Source of the DNA: an uncultured virus (IMG/VR IMGVR_UViG_3300025617_000900)
Lineage: Duplodnaviria; Heunggongvirae; Uroviricota; Caudoviricetes
Virus record (IMG/VR): IMGVR_UViG_3300025617_000900
DNA length: 64,000 bases
Direction: 5' to 3' (one strand)
Each line of letters starts with the position of its first letter. Position 1 is the stretch's first letter. Positions 17,473 through 25,898 of the stretch are shown piece by piece. The notes under the pieces are model-generated. The model was given only the letters and a program-made list of their open reading frames with translations, did no database searches and was not told the DNA's origin. The translations under genes and the position numbers were made by a program.

Positions 17473-17990
17473 ACACTGAAGAAAGACAAGATGTAGTATA
17501 CTTTATTGGTACTGAAGTCGAGCATACTGCTATGTACGGTGAGCAAACACTGTTTGTTGTAGGTGTACAACCTGCAGAAGAAATTAAAAAACGTGCAGAC
17601 GCTCACGGCATCAAGCATCTATACTTTGGAACTAGCCAGAGCTTTACTCCCGGTCTAAATCTTCCAGAAGATGCAGCAGACTGGCAAGCATGGGAAGACA
17701 TGATTATGCCACTTCTCAAAGAAGGCTACTGGTGTACACTAGACTTTGATGCAGTATACAGTTATGGTGTATTAGAATCTGGATATGATGAATACAATAA
17801 CTTTATTAGTATGATTAGTGTCAAACTTCCTTACATTAAACAGTTCAATTATAATGCAACTGTTAAGCTAGATGACAACACATGGGGCGATACAAATAGC
17901 GGAGTGTGGTGTCATAGCGTACACAATCTAATGGATCGTAAAGTTTATACAGATTGGAACGATTATGGACTTGACACAGTCATTGATTGA
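17463..17990 (+). CDS. hypothetical protein of the deazaguanine cluster
   Basis: GAGG RBS; F.G.EVEHT...TLFVVG, HLYFG..QSF, N.GVWCH. Confidence 0.75.
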   Translation: MGLNTEERQDVVYFIGTEVEHTAMYGEQTLFVVGVQPAEEIKKRADAHGIKHLYFGTSQSFTPGLNLPEDAADWQAWEDMIMPLLKEGYWCTLDFDAVYSYGVLESGYDEYNNFISMISVKLPYIKQFNYNATVKLDDNTWGDTNSGVWCHSVHNLMDRKVYTDWNDYGLDTVID

Positions 17991-17999
17991 AGGTATAAT
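17971..17999 (+). promoter_or_regulatory. consensus sigma70 promoter, probably giving a leaderless mRNA
   Basis: TTGACA-N17-TATAAT, then 6 nt, then ATG 18006. Confidence 0.8.
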
Positions 18000-18005
18000 A
18001 GTATT

Positions 18006-18446
18006 ATGCAAGAACGCTATCACGATTACATGTTACGTAAATTAAAAGAAGAGAGAAACATGGACACAGCACAACGTAGTATTTGGGTAACTTTCGCTAA
18101 AGAAGGTGTACATATGTACCCAGGCGCAGATACTGATCCTAAACTAGCAACAGGCGATTGGGATGATGTATCATTCCTTGGCATTCCGCATCGTCATATC
18201 TTTCACTTTCGTGTTCGTATTGAAGTATTTCATAATGATCGCGACATTGAGTTCATTCAGTTTAAACGCTGGATGCAACGACTCTATGACGTCGAAGGCG
18301 TACTAGAGTTAGACCACAAGAGCTGTGAGATGATCGCAGATGACTTGTATCAAGAAATCGCTGCAAAGTATCCCGGCCGCTTTGTAGAGATCAGCGTAGC
18401 TGAAGATAACGAAAATGGCTGTTCTATTTTTTATCCCAAGTCATAA
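18006..18446 (+). CDS. QueD-like T-fold protein with LxxxHRHxF motif (DpdL-type, putative CDG decarboxylase)
   Basis: FLGIPHRHIF in place of QueD CxxxHGH; DRDIEF, SCEMIA, V.EDNENG. Confidence 0.7.
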   Translation: MQERYHDYMLRKLKEERNMDTAQRSIWVTFAKEGVHMYPGADTDPKLATGDWDDVSFLGIPHRHIFHFRVRIEVFHNDRDIEFIQFKRWMQRLYDVEGVLELDHKSCEMIADDLYQEIAAKYPGRFVEISVAEDNENGCSIFYPKS

Positions 18447-18461
18447 CAAGAGGAATATATT

Positions 18462-18701
18462 ATGACAATTGCTAATCCAGCAGTGAATAAAGTTTTTAAC
18501 GATCTCGATCAATATCGTGATTATTGTCGTTTTGAAGGCAAAGTGTTTGATGAAGCAGCACTTTATAAGAAGGATGATCCTAATTGGATTGCCTATCAAA
18601 AGTATCAAGGCTGGCTACGAGCAAAAGCACGAAACGGCGGCAAAGACTTTGTTCAACGCGAACGCAAGTTTACACCACGCAATAACAACCGGAGTAACTA
18701 A
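18462..18701 (+). CDS. hypothetical protein
   Basis: GAGGA RBS, 79 aa. Confidence 0.75.
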   Translation: MTIANPAVNKVFNDLDQYRDYCRFEGKVFDEAALYKKDDPNWIAYQKYQGWLRAKARNGGKDFVQRERKFTPRNNNRSN

Positions 18702-18703
18702 TT

Positions 18704-19759
18704 ATGACCATCTACATTGTCGACATCGAAGCAGTAGACACACGTTATACTAAGCAATGGAAAGAACATTTGCCCAAACAACTGCGTCACGCTACAAATG
18801 ACAATGTAGTTGTTATTAGTGGTGGGGAAACGCCTCAGGCAACTACGCCTGGGGCTTTCCTTAACTTCGGTGGTACTAACGTTTATAAATCTAAACAACT
18901 CGAACAAATTGGCGAGATGTTTTGTAACGGAGAAATTAAAGATGGAGATTATTTCCTATATACGGATGCGTGGAACCCAACTGTTATCCAGTTGCGCTAC
19001 ATGGCTGAACTCCTTGGGGTCGACATTGGAATCGGTGGCCTTTGGCATGCTGGTAGTTATGATCCTCATGACTTCTTGGGTCGTCTCATAGGAGATAAAC
19101 CTTGGGTTAGACATGCTGAAATGTCAATGTACGAGTGCTACGATGACAACTTCTATGCCACTGACTTTCATATTGATTTGTTTACAGACACTATGATGGA
19201 CAATTATGATGTTGACATGGACAAAGCGATCAAAGTAGGCTGGCCTATGGAGTATTTGAAAGACAGTCTTATACAATACACAGGAATGGAAAAGCGAGAT
19301 CTTATCTTGTTCCCGCATCGTGTAGCACCAGAGAAGCAAGTAGACATTTTCCGTGACCTAGCTGAACAACTTCCTGAATATGAATTTGTAGTGTGTCAAG
19401 AACGTGAGCTTACTAAGAACGAGTATCACAACTTGTTGGGTGAAGCTAAGATGGTGTTCTCAGCTAACTTGCAGGAAACACTGGGCATTAGCTGGTATGA
19501 AGGCGCACTTGTAGATGCTATTCCTGTTGTTCCTGATAGACTGAGCTACAGTGAAATGGCTGTGCCAGAGTTTACATATCCCAGCAAGTGGACAGAAGAC
19601 TACAGCACATATCGTCAGCATCGTGGCGAGCTTGTTGCTAAGATTCGTGACTACATGGAAAACTATGATGATTATCTTGTGAGTCTTGAAAAGCAACGCA
19701 CAAAACTAAACAAAGAATTTTTTAGCGGAGCAGCATTGTATGACGCAATCAAAGGATGA
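18704..19759 (+). CDS. GT-B fold glycosyltransferase
   Basis: FPHRVAPEK, QETLGISWYEG, P.VPDRLSYSE (GT1/GT4-type C-terminal domain). Confidence 0.85.
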   Translation: MTIYIVDIEAVDTRYTKQWKEHLPKQLRHATNDNVVVISGGETPQATTPGAFLNFGGTNVYKSKQLEQIGEMFCNGEIKDGDYFLYTDAWNPTVIQLRYMAELLGVDIGIGGLWHAGSYDPHDFLGRLIGDKPWVRHAEMSMYECYDDNFYATDFHIDLFTDTMMDNYDVDMDKAIKVGWPMEYLKDSLIQYTGMEKRDLILFPHRVAPEKQVDIFRDLAEQLPEYEFVVCQERELTKNEYHNLLGEAKMVFSANLQETLGISWYEGALVDAIPVVPDRLSYSEMAVPEFTYPSKWTEDYSTYRQHRGELVAKIRDYMENYDDYLVSLEKQRTKLNKEFFSGAALYDAIKG

Positions 19760-20099
19760 CAATGAATATACAATTGATTTGTCTAATATGAACGGAACTA
19801 CAGATACAATTACTATCACAGGTACAACTGATATGGACAGTAGTTGGGTATCTGTAGGAGATATTACTACATCTACTATAGATATCTCTAGTATACTCTC
19901 AGATGATAACATCACATTTGATTGGGATACTATTAACATTTCGCCAACACTGTGGCAAGACACCTTGCCCGATGTTGAAACTGTTAATAAAATGTGTCAA
20001 GAATATCCAGCACTTGCAAAAGCATATGAAAACTTTCAAACAGTGTATAAACTGGTAGAACAAGATTACAAAGGCAAACAAGAGGACGACAGCCTATGA
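19740..20099 (+). CDS. Thr/Asp/Ile-rich low-complexity protein
   Basis: Low-complexity N-terminus; helical C-terminus MCQEYPALAKAYENF. Confidence 0.7.
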   Translation: MTQSKDDNEYTIDLSNMNGTTDTITITGTTDMDSSWVSVGDITTSTIDISSILSDDNITFDWDTINISPTLWQDTLPDVETVNKMCQEYPALAKAYENFQTVYKLVEQDYKGKQEDDSL

Positions 20100-20284
20100 G
20101 CATGAACCACGATGCGAAACCCAAAGACGAAGAACTAGAACGCATGAAAGCAGAGTTCCTTGCTAAAGGCGGTACTGTTACTAAGGGCGAAACTAAAGCT
20201 ATGCCCAGTGAACTTGGCATTAGTAACAATCAATGGAACAATAAATTAACTAAAGCAGAAAAAGATGCAAAGGCGGGCAAATGA
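20096..20284 (+). CDS. small protein with SutA-like EFLAKGG motif
   Basis: ELERMKAEFLAKGGTVTK. Confidence 0.6.
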   Translation: MSMNHDAKPKDEELERMKAEFLAKGGTVTKGETKAMPSELGISNNQWNNKLTKAEKDAKAGK

Positions 20285-20823
20285 TTAAAAAACATTACTA
20301 CAGCTGGCAAGACGTTGAGAACGCTTGTACTAACATTGCACTACAGATGTACAAAGATGCGTGGCGTCCTGACTACATTGTAGGCATTACACGTGGTGGC
20401 AACATTCCTGCCACTATCCTTAGCAACATGCTGGACATCCGTTGTGAAGCACTGAAGGTTAGTTTGCGTGATGACGAACAGGGTCCTGAAAGTAATCTTT
20501 GGATGAGCGAAGATGCAGTTGGCTATGTAGCAGAAGATGCATTAAAAGTTACTGGCGGCCCATTAGAAAAAAAGATTTTGATTGTAGATGATATCAACGA
20601 TACCGGTGCCACGTTCAACTGGATCAAACAGGATTGGCAGAGTAGTTGTTTGCCTAATGATCCTAAGTGGGAGAAAATTTGGCATAGTAATGTTCGCTTC
20701 GCAACATTAACAGATAATTTAGCAAGTGACTTTGACGGAACAGTAGACTATACTGTACACGAAATTAACAAAGCAGAAGAAGATGTTTGGCTAGTTTATC
20801 CTTGGGAAAACGTCGGACAATAA
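20281..20823 (+). CDS. type I phosphoribosyltransferase (xanthine/guanine PRT-like)
   Basis: VGITRGG..PA, PRPP loop ILIVDDINDTGAT, WLVYPWE. Confidence 0.92.
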   Translation: MIKKHYYSWQDVENACTNIALQMYKDAWRPDYIVGITRGGNIPATILSNMLDIRCEALKVSLRDDEQGPESNLWMSEDAVGYVAEDALKVTGGPLEKKILIVDDINDTGATFNWIKQDWQSSCLPNDPKWEKIWHSNVRFATLTDNLASDFDGTVDYTVHEINKAEEDVWLVYPWENVGQ

Positions 20824-20847
20824 CAAATCATAACATAGGAAAGGAAT

Positions 20848-21054
20848 ATGGATTTGAAAGAACAATTAGTAAAAGCAGCACGTATGCATGCTGAAGGAGA
20901 GCTCGAAAGAGCAAAGACTAACATTATGGTATATATGAATCAAAGTGTTGGTATCGGCGAACACTCAGATATTGTAGAAGCTATTCAAACAGAACTTGAC
21001 ACAATGGCAACTGCTAATGATCGTATCGAAATGCTTGAAAAGTTTTTTGTATAA
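20848..21054 (+). CDS. hypothetical phage protein
   Basis: AGGA RBS; VGIGEHSDI motif. Confidence 0.75.
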   Translation: MDLKEQLVKAARMHAEGELERAKTNIMVYMNQSVGIGEHSDIVEAIQTELDTMATANDRIEMLEKFFV

Positions 21055-21059
21055 TATAC

Positions 21060-21088
21060 TTGACAAAAGCCTAAATATATGGTATACT
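21060..21088 (+). promoter_or_regulatory. sigma70 promoter for folE, with TAAATA in the spacer
   Basis: TTGACA-N17-TATACT with extended TG. Confidence 0.8.
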
Positions 21089-21112
21089 TATAATATGAGT
21101 GTACCATATTTT
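21077..21112 (+). terminator. 14-bp stem-loop overlapping the -10 element
   Basis: ATATGGTATACTTA-taata-TGAGTGTACCATAT (2 G-U pairs) followed by TTT. Confidence 0.5.
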
Positions 21113-21144
21113 ATGACATCCTCGTCAATAACTCGGAGAAACAA

Positions 21145-21828
21145 ATGAAAAAACACGAAGAAATTATCGAACGCTGTAAGAACGCAGACAAGCGTTACTG
21201 GGCAGGCGATAACATTGCTCGCTTGCTACAAGACGGCGACAAAGAACAACTGATTGACGAAGCTACAGAAGCTTTTGAAACTGTACTAGACACACTGATT
21301 ATTGATCGACATACTGATCCTAATAGCCAAGGCACAGCACGTCGACTGGCCAAAATGTACTTTAATGAAATTATGGCAGGACGTTACGACTATCGTCCAG
21401 ATGCAACTGCATTTCCTAATGATTCAGAAGATCGCTATGAAGGTATGCTTGTGGTACGCTCAGAACTTAAAAGTATGTGTAGTCATCACCACCAGCCAGT
21501 AAGCGGCGTAGCGTACATTGGTATTATTGCAGCAGACAAACTTATTGGACTTAGCAAGTACACACGTATTGCACAGTGGTGCGCTCGACGTGGTACACTG
21601 CAAGAAGAACTTGCAAATGATATTGCTCGCGAGATTGCTTATTCAACAGGTGCAGAACACTTGGGTGTTTACATTCAAGCTACACATGGCTGTTGTGAAA
21701 ATCGTGGCATTATGGCACACAGCAGTCTTACACAAACAACTGTACTCAAAGGTGCGTTTAAAGAAGATGCAGGCACAAAAAAAGAGTTCTTTGACAACAT
21801 TAAACTACAACAGGAGTTTAGTTGCTAA
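21145..21828 (+). CDS. folE: GTP cyclohydrolase I
   Basis: T..R.AKMY, SMCSHH, IGLSK..R, LQEE, HGC...RG. Confidence 0.96.
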   Translation: MKKHEEIIERCKNADKRYWAGDNIARLLQDGDKEQLIDEATEAFETVLDTLIIDRHTDPNSQGTARRLAKMYFNEIMAGRYDYRPDATAFPNDSEDRYEGMLVVRSELKSMCSHHHQPVSGVAYIGIIAADKLIGLSKYTRIAQWCARRGTLQEELANDIAREIAYSTGAEHLGVYIQATHGCCENRGIMAHSSLTQTTVLKGAFKEDAGTKKEFFDNIKLQQEFSC

Positions 21829-21938
21829 TGGGTGATTATATTGCAGTGCGTATGGCACAAGTTTTTATTGTGGTGGTATTTGTATTGGGCATGATTAGTC
21901 TAGGAATTGAACTTTATACAGGAAGGCTACCGCTATGA
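21828..21938 (+). CDS. small single-pass membrane peptide (36 aa)
   Basis: TAATG and ATGA overlaps bridge folE and queE. Confidence 0.6.
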   Translation: MGDYIAVRMAQVFIVVVFVLGMISLGIELYTGRLPL

Positions 21939-22831
21939 AACTAAGGTATTCAGAAGCATTTTACAGCGTACAAGGTGAAGGTAAGTTTGTAGGAGTACCC
22001 AGTGTATTCCTACGTACATTTGGTTGTAACTTTCGTTGCATGAACTTTGGACTGGGCAAAGGCGAACCTAGTCGTGCAGAGAAACATGCAAACGGACAAC
22101 GATATAATGAAGAAGTAAAAGCATTGCTGGACGACGGCATTATTGCTAAGACCAAAACATTCGAAGACTTGCCTATTATTCACACAGGCTGTGATACATA
22201 TGCAAGCATTTATCCAGAGTTTAAAGACTTCAACAAGTTAGCAGAAGTAGACGAAGTGGTTGATCACTTGCTTAGTTTGCTGCCAGAAGGTAAATGGACT
22301 ATGGATAACGGACAAGACATCCACTTGATTTTAACAGGCGGAGAACCGTTGTTGGCGTGGCAACGACTGTATGTTGACTTGTTCGAGCACCCACGTATGA
22401 AGGATTTAAAAAATGTCACAATTGAAACAAACACTACGCAACGCTTACACGAAGATTTCTACAAGTACATCAATGGCCACACAAGACTTACTTTTACCTT
22501 CAGTTGCTCACCTAAGCTATCCGTTAGTGGAGAATCTTGGGAGGACGCTATTAGGCCCGATATTGCTCGCCAATATTTTGATGTGGACGGTAGTGATACT
22601 TATTTTAAATTTGTTGTTGCTGATCGTGCAGATATTGATGAAGCTGGTAGAGCTGTGCAAGCCTATCGCGATGCGGGTGTGGACTGCCCTGTGTACCTTA
22701 TGCCGATGGGCGGACGTTCGGAAGAGTATAACCTCAATGTACAAGAAGTTGCTAACATCTGTATGGAAAAAGGATGGCGATTCACTCCCCGACTCCACAT
22801 TAGCTTATTCGGAAATGCCTGGGGGACTTGA
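21935..22831 (+). CDS. queE: 7-carboxy-7-deazaguanine synthase (radical SAM)
   Basis: E.FYSVQGEG..G.P.VF.R..GCNFRC...GCDT, LTGGEPL, IETN, SPKL, RLH..L. Confidence 0.93.
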   Translation: MKLRYSEAFYSVQGEGKFVGVPSVFLRTFGCNFRCMNFGLGKGEPSRAEKHANGQRYNEEVKALLDDGIIAKTKTFEDLPIIHTGCDTYASIYPEFKDFNKLAEVDEVVDHLLSLLPEGKWTMDNGQDIHLILTGGEPLLAWQRLYVDLFEHPRMKDLKNVTIETNTTQRLHEDFYKYINGHTRLTFTFSCSPKLSVSGESWEDAIRPDIARQYFDVDGSDTYFKFVVADRADIDEAGRAVQAYRDAGVDCPVYLMPMGGRSEEYNLNVQEVANICMEKGWRFTPRLHISLFGNAWGT

Positions 22832-22907
22832 TGACGAGGCGTTAAAAATATTGCGCAATAAAGTCATTACTGAAGAACAGTACGAAACTATAAGGAAACA
22901 AATATGA
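22815..22907 (+). CDS. possible 30-aa peptide
   Basis: MPGGLDDE... fills the gap; ATGA overlap with 22904. Confidence 0.35.
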   Translation: MPGGLDDEALKILRNKVITEEQYETIRKQI

Positions 22908-23308
22908 AAAAGTTCTTGAAAGATATAACAGGTATTACTGCTAAAGAACAAGCACTTGCTGCTGAAAAGGCAGAAGTTGAACAAAAAGAACTAGAGATTC
23001 TAAAACAGCGTGATCCTAAAGAATATCACACACGCAAAAAAGAACCGTGGGTAAATGTAATTGATGTTAAAGTTAATGAAGAGAATGTGCGTAATGGCTT
23101 CTTTGAGCTGGACTGGAACGAGTTCTTTATCGCACAATTAGTCCAAGAAGGCTACGGTGTAGCTAACGATCCAGAAGAAGAAATTGTAGATCGCTGGTTC
23201 CGTGACATTGTATATAATATGCTCGACGAAGAAGGACAAGATACTAATCGTGGCGCGGGCTATATTAACGTAGTTCCTATCTCTAAAGGCAAGTCAGAAG
23301 TTAGTTGA
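22904..23308 (+). CDS. hypothetical phage protein
   Basis: AAGGA RBS; EPWV, GFFELDWN, EEIVDRWF. Confidence 0.8.
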   Translation: MKKFLKDITGITAKEQALAAEKAEVEQKELEILKQRDPKEYHTRKKEPWVNVIDVKVNEENVRNGFFELDWNEFFIAQLVQEGYGVANDPEEEIVDRWFRDIVYNMLDEEGQDTNRGAGYINVVPISKGKSEVS

Positions 23309-23333
23309 CAACTGTACACAAGGATGTTATACT
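23305..23333 (+). promoter_or_regulatory. sigma70 promoter
   Basis: TTGACA-N17-TATACT with extended TG. Confidence 0.8.
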
Positions 23334-23365
23334 ATATTTAAAATAAAACAATATAAGGCAATACA

Positions 23366-24349
23366 ATGGCAACTTATGTACTAGTAGACACTGCTAACAC
23401 GTTCTTTAGAGCTCGACACGTTGTACGTGGCGACATTGATACAAAAGCAGGTATGGCAATTCATATTACACTTAACAGTGTTAAAAAGGCTTGGACTGAC
23501 TTTAATGCAGATCATGTTGTATTCTGTTTAGAAGGTCGTAGCTGGCGTAAAGACTATTATGAACCCTATAAGCGCAACAGACAAGTAGCTCGCGATGCAC
23601 TTACTCCGCAACAACAAGAAGAAGACACTGTGTTTTGGGAGTTGTTTGATGAGTTCAAAGACTTTGTAAGTGAGAAAACTAACTGTACTGTTATGCGGCA
23701 TCCGCAACTCGAAGCAGATGATCTTATTGCAGGTTGGGTACAATCACACCCCAATGACAATCATGTTATTATCTCTACAGATGGTGACTTTGCACAACTT
23801 ATTGCTCCTAATGTACGTCAGTATAACGGAGTAAGTAATGTTACAATTACACACGAAGGCTACTTTGACGACAAAGGCAAGCCTGTAATCGACAAGAAAA
23901 CTAAAGAAGCAAAGCCTGCACCTGAGCCCGACTTTATGTTGTTTGAAAAGTGTATGCGTGGCGACACAAGTGATAACGTGTTCAGTGCTTATCCAGGTGT
24001 GCGCAAGAAAGGTACTAAGAACAAAGTCGGATTGATCGAAGCATACGAAGACAAAGGCACTAAAGGATTTAACTGGAATAACATGATGCTACAACGTTGG
24101 ACTGATCACAACGGCGATGAGCATCGTGTGTTAGATGATTACAATCGTAATGTCGTGCTATGTGATCTAACTGCACAACCTGAAGACATTAGAGAGATAA
24201 TTGACAACACTATTGCAGAAGTTGAACCTAAAAACGTTACACAAGTTGGCATGCGTCTTATGAAGTTCTGTGCTAAGTGGGATATGCAACGTATTGCAGA
24301 TCAGGCACAACAATATGCACAAGCATTACAAGCGAGGTACCCTAAATGA
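23366..24349 (+). CDS. rnh: 5'-3' exonuclease / T4 RNase H-like (FEN family)
   Basis: LVD..N..FR, WRK..Y..YK.NR, EADD, STDGDF.QL, GD.SDN. Confidence 0.92.
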   Translation: MATYVLVDTANTFFRARHVVRGDIDTKAGMAIHITLNSVKKAWTDFNADHVVFCLEGRSWRKDYYEPYKRNRQVARDALTPQQQEEDTVFWELFDEFKDFVSEKTNCTVMRHPQLEADDLIAGWVQSHPNDNHVIISTDGDFAQLIAPNVRQYNGVSNVTITHEGYFDDKGKPVIDKKTKEAKPAPEPDFMLFEKCMRGDTSDNVFSAYPGVRKKGTKNKVGLIEAYEDKGTKGFNWNNMMLQRWTDHNGDEHRVLDDYNRNVVLCDLTAQPEDIREIIDNTIAEVEPKNVTQVGMRLMKFCAKWDMQRIADQAQQYAQALQARYPK

Positions 24350-24819
24350 CACTAAAAGCGAAACCAGTATTAAAAGATAAGTTTTGGATTGTAGAACAAG
24401 ACGAAAAACGTATCGGAACATTATCATGGAACGATGATAGATATATGTTTTCTAATCATATTGAAACATGTTTCTTTGATAATAAACGACAAATGAAAAA
24501 ACGATTTGGTACAGATATTGTATGGAGCGATGCAGATACTGTAGCAGAAATTTCTAAAGAAAAATTCGTTGTACACGGTCTGCCAACTAGTGTTAAGCCA
24601 TATAATACCATGTATGACATAAAACGTAAACTTCCACTTTTTACTAAAAGTGACAAAAGTAAAAGTGTTTATTGTGCAGGATACTACATTATCCGATTTG
24701 AAAAATCATGGACTAAAAGTTTTTGTCCTAAGCTAATCACATTGGATCGTTACGAAAGTAAAGGGCCGTTTAAGACAGAAATAGAAATGCGTGAGGAACT
24801 ACGCCGTGCAAAATCTTGA
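24346..24819 (+). CDS. hypothetical phage protein
   Basis: ATGA overlap; GAGG RBS. Confidence 0.78.
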   Translation: MTLKAKPVLKDKFWIVEQDEKRIGTLSWNDDRYMFSNHIETCFFDNKRQMKKRFGTDIVWSDADTVAEISKEKFVVHGLPTSVKPYNTMYDIKRKLPLFTKSDKSKSVYCAGYYIIRFEKSWTKSFCPKLITLDRYESKGPFKTEIEMREELRRAKS

Positions 24820-25048
24820 ACCATTAAACACTATTCCGCTACAGCAGTTTTTAAATGCTGTAAAGGCTGCTGAACAAAGTCGTGCAAGAGAAGTTAAACT
24901 TGATATCGCTACTGCTAAAACATTAGCATTTACATTAGGTGCTGTTATGAGCAGACTACACGGAGACTTAGAAAAGCTTGTTGCAGAATCTAAAGGCAAT
25001 GGCGACGAAACTATTGAAATTAATTTAGATGGTGGATCTAAGTTTTAA
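24791..25048 (+). CDS. hypothetical protein (start uncertain; GTG near 24806 plausible)
   Basis: GAGGA lies upstream of an in-frame GTG. Confidence 0.65.
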   Translation: MRNYAVQNLEPLNTIPLQQFLNAVKAAEQSRAREVKLDIATAKTLAFTLGAVMSRLHGDLEKLVAESKGNGDETIEINLDGGSKF

Positions 25049-25093
25049 TATACGTAGATAACTTTTAAAAGAGATAAATATATGCGTAGTTAA
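25048..25093 (+). repeat. two copies of a 14-bp motif (ATATACGTAGATAA / ATATGCGTAGTTAA) flanking a TAAATA
   Basis: Copies at 25048-25061 and 25080-25093; the motif recurs at 28690-28703 and 46663-46676 on the minus strand. Confidence 0.6.
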
Positions 25094-25104
25094 TTAAAAG
25101 GATT

Positions 25105-25401
25105 ATGCATATGAGCAGACCAAAGCCTAATGTACTATTAGAGAACATTAATAATAAAACGTACAAAAGTGAGCAAGTTTTAGAAGCAGAAGCTATCTGG
25201 GCTGTATTCTATAAAGAAGCGGCATTTAACCTTAAGAGTGCAAATGCGTTAACTAACTATCCAGGTCCAAAGTATAAGAAAACAAGCTTTAGTAATCCAG
25301 GTCATGCACACAATCTTGCTAAAAAACTAAACGAAATGTTTAAATGCGAAGATTTTGCAGTTTATAAACTTACCACTGGCGAGTTAGTTACAGAAGAATG
25401 A
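25105..25401 (+). CDS. hypothetical phage protein
   Basis: MSRPKP...PGPKYKK.SFSNPGHA; AAGGA RBS (ATG 25105 or 25111). Confidence 0.8.
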   Translation: MHMSRPKPNVLLENINNKTYKSEQVLEAEAIWAVFYKEAAFNLKSANALTNYPGPKYKKTSFSNPGHAHNLAKKLNEMFKCEDFAVYKLTTGELVTEE

Positions 25402-25781
25402 ACTGGAAAGAAACATATACCAGACTCTTTTTGAAAGAGCTTGGAAAAAGTACAAATCCAGCTTCAGTAAAAGAGTACATGCCTCTATGGTGGAAGAACA
25501 ATAGAGAAAAGGACGAAGGTGGTCTGCGTCTTACAGAAGCTGGTTTTGATATATTAACAGAAATAAACTTGACAACATATGACATACCATATCCAAGAGA
25601 TGTACCATTATCTACTCAAGTGATCATACATCTTGACAAGTTTATTGACTGTCCTTACTATCTTACAAATAGAAGTATTGTAGTAACGAACGAAAAGAAA
25701 GCAGTTGAGCTTACTCTTTTCAGTGGCGATTTACGCAAATATGGTCTAACCAAAGCGGTTAATAGACAAAAAAAATCCTAA
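25398..25781 (+). CDS. hypothetical phage protein
   Basis: ATGA overlap; GGLRLT..G, DCPYY. Confidence 0.8.
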   Translation: MNWKETYTRLFLKELGKSTNPASVKEYMPLWWKNNREKDEGGLRLTEAGFDILTEINLTTYDIPYPRDVPLSTQVIIHLDKFIDCPYYLTNRSIVVTNEKKAVELTLFSGDLRKYGLTKAVNRQKKS

Positions 25782-25819
25782 GTTATTGATAATTAACAAG
25801 TTCTTTTTTTAGAAAACAG

Positions 25820-25847
25820 TTGACAAATCCTGTAGATATGTTATTAT
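25820..25847 (+). promoter_or_regulatory. sigma70 promoter
   Basis: TTGACA-N16-TATTAT with extended TG, followed by ATATGTATA. Confidence 0.7.
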
Positions 25848-25898
25848 ATATGTATAGTTTAAATAAACACGCTGATGTAAACAAAGAGGGAATACACA

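Noticed and set aside
22413..22907. 164-aa alternative-frame ORF overlapping queE
   Set aside because: QueE motifs continue in the main frame to its stop; only the last 30 codons plausibly form a separate peptide.
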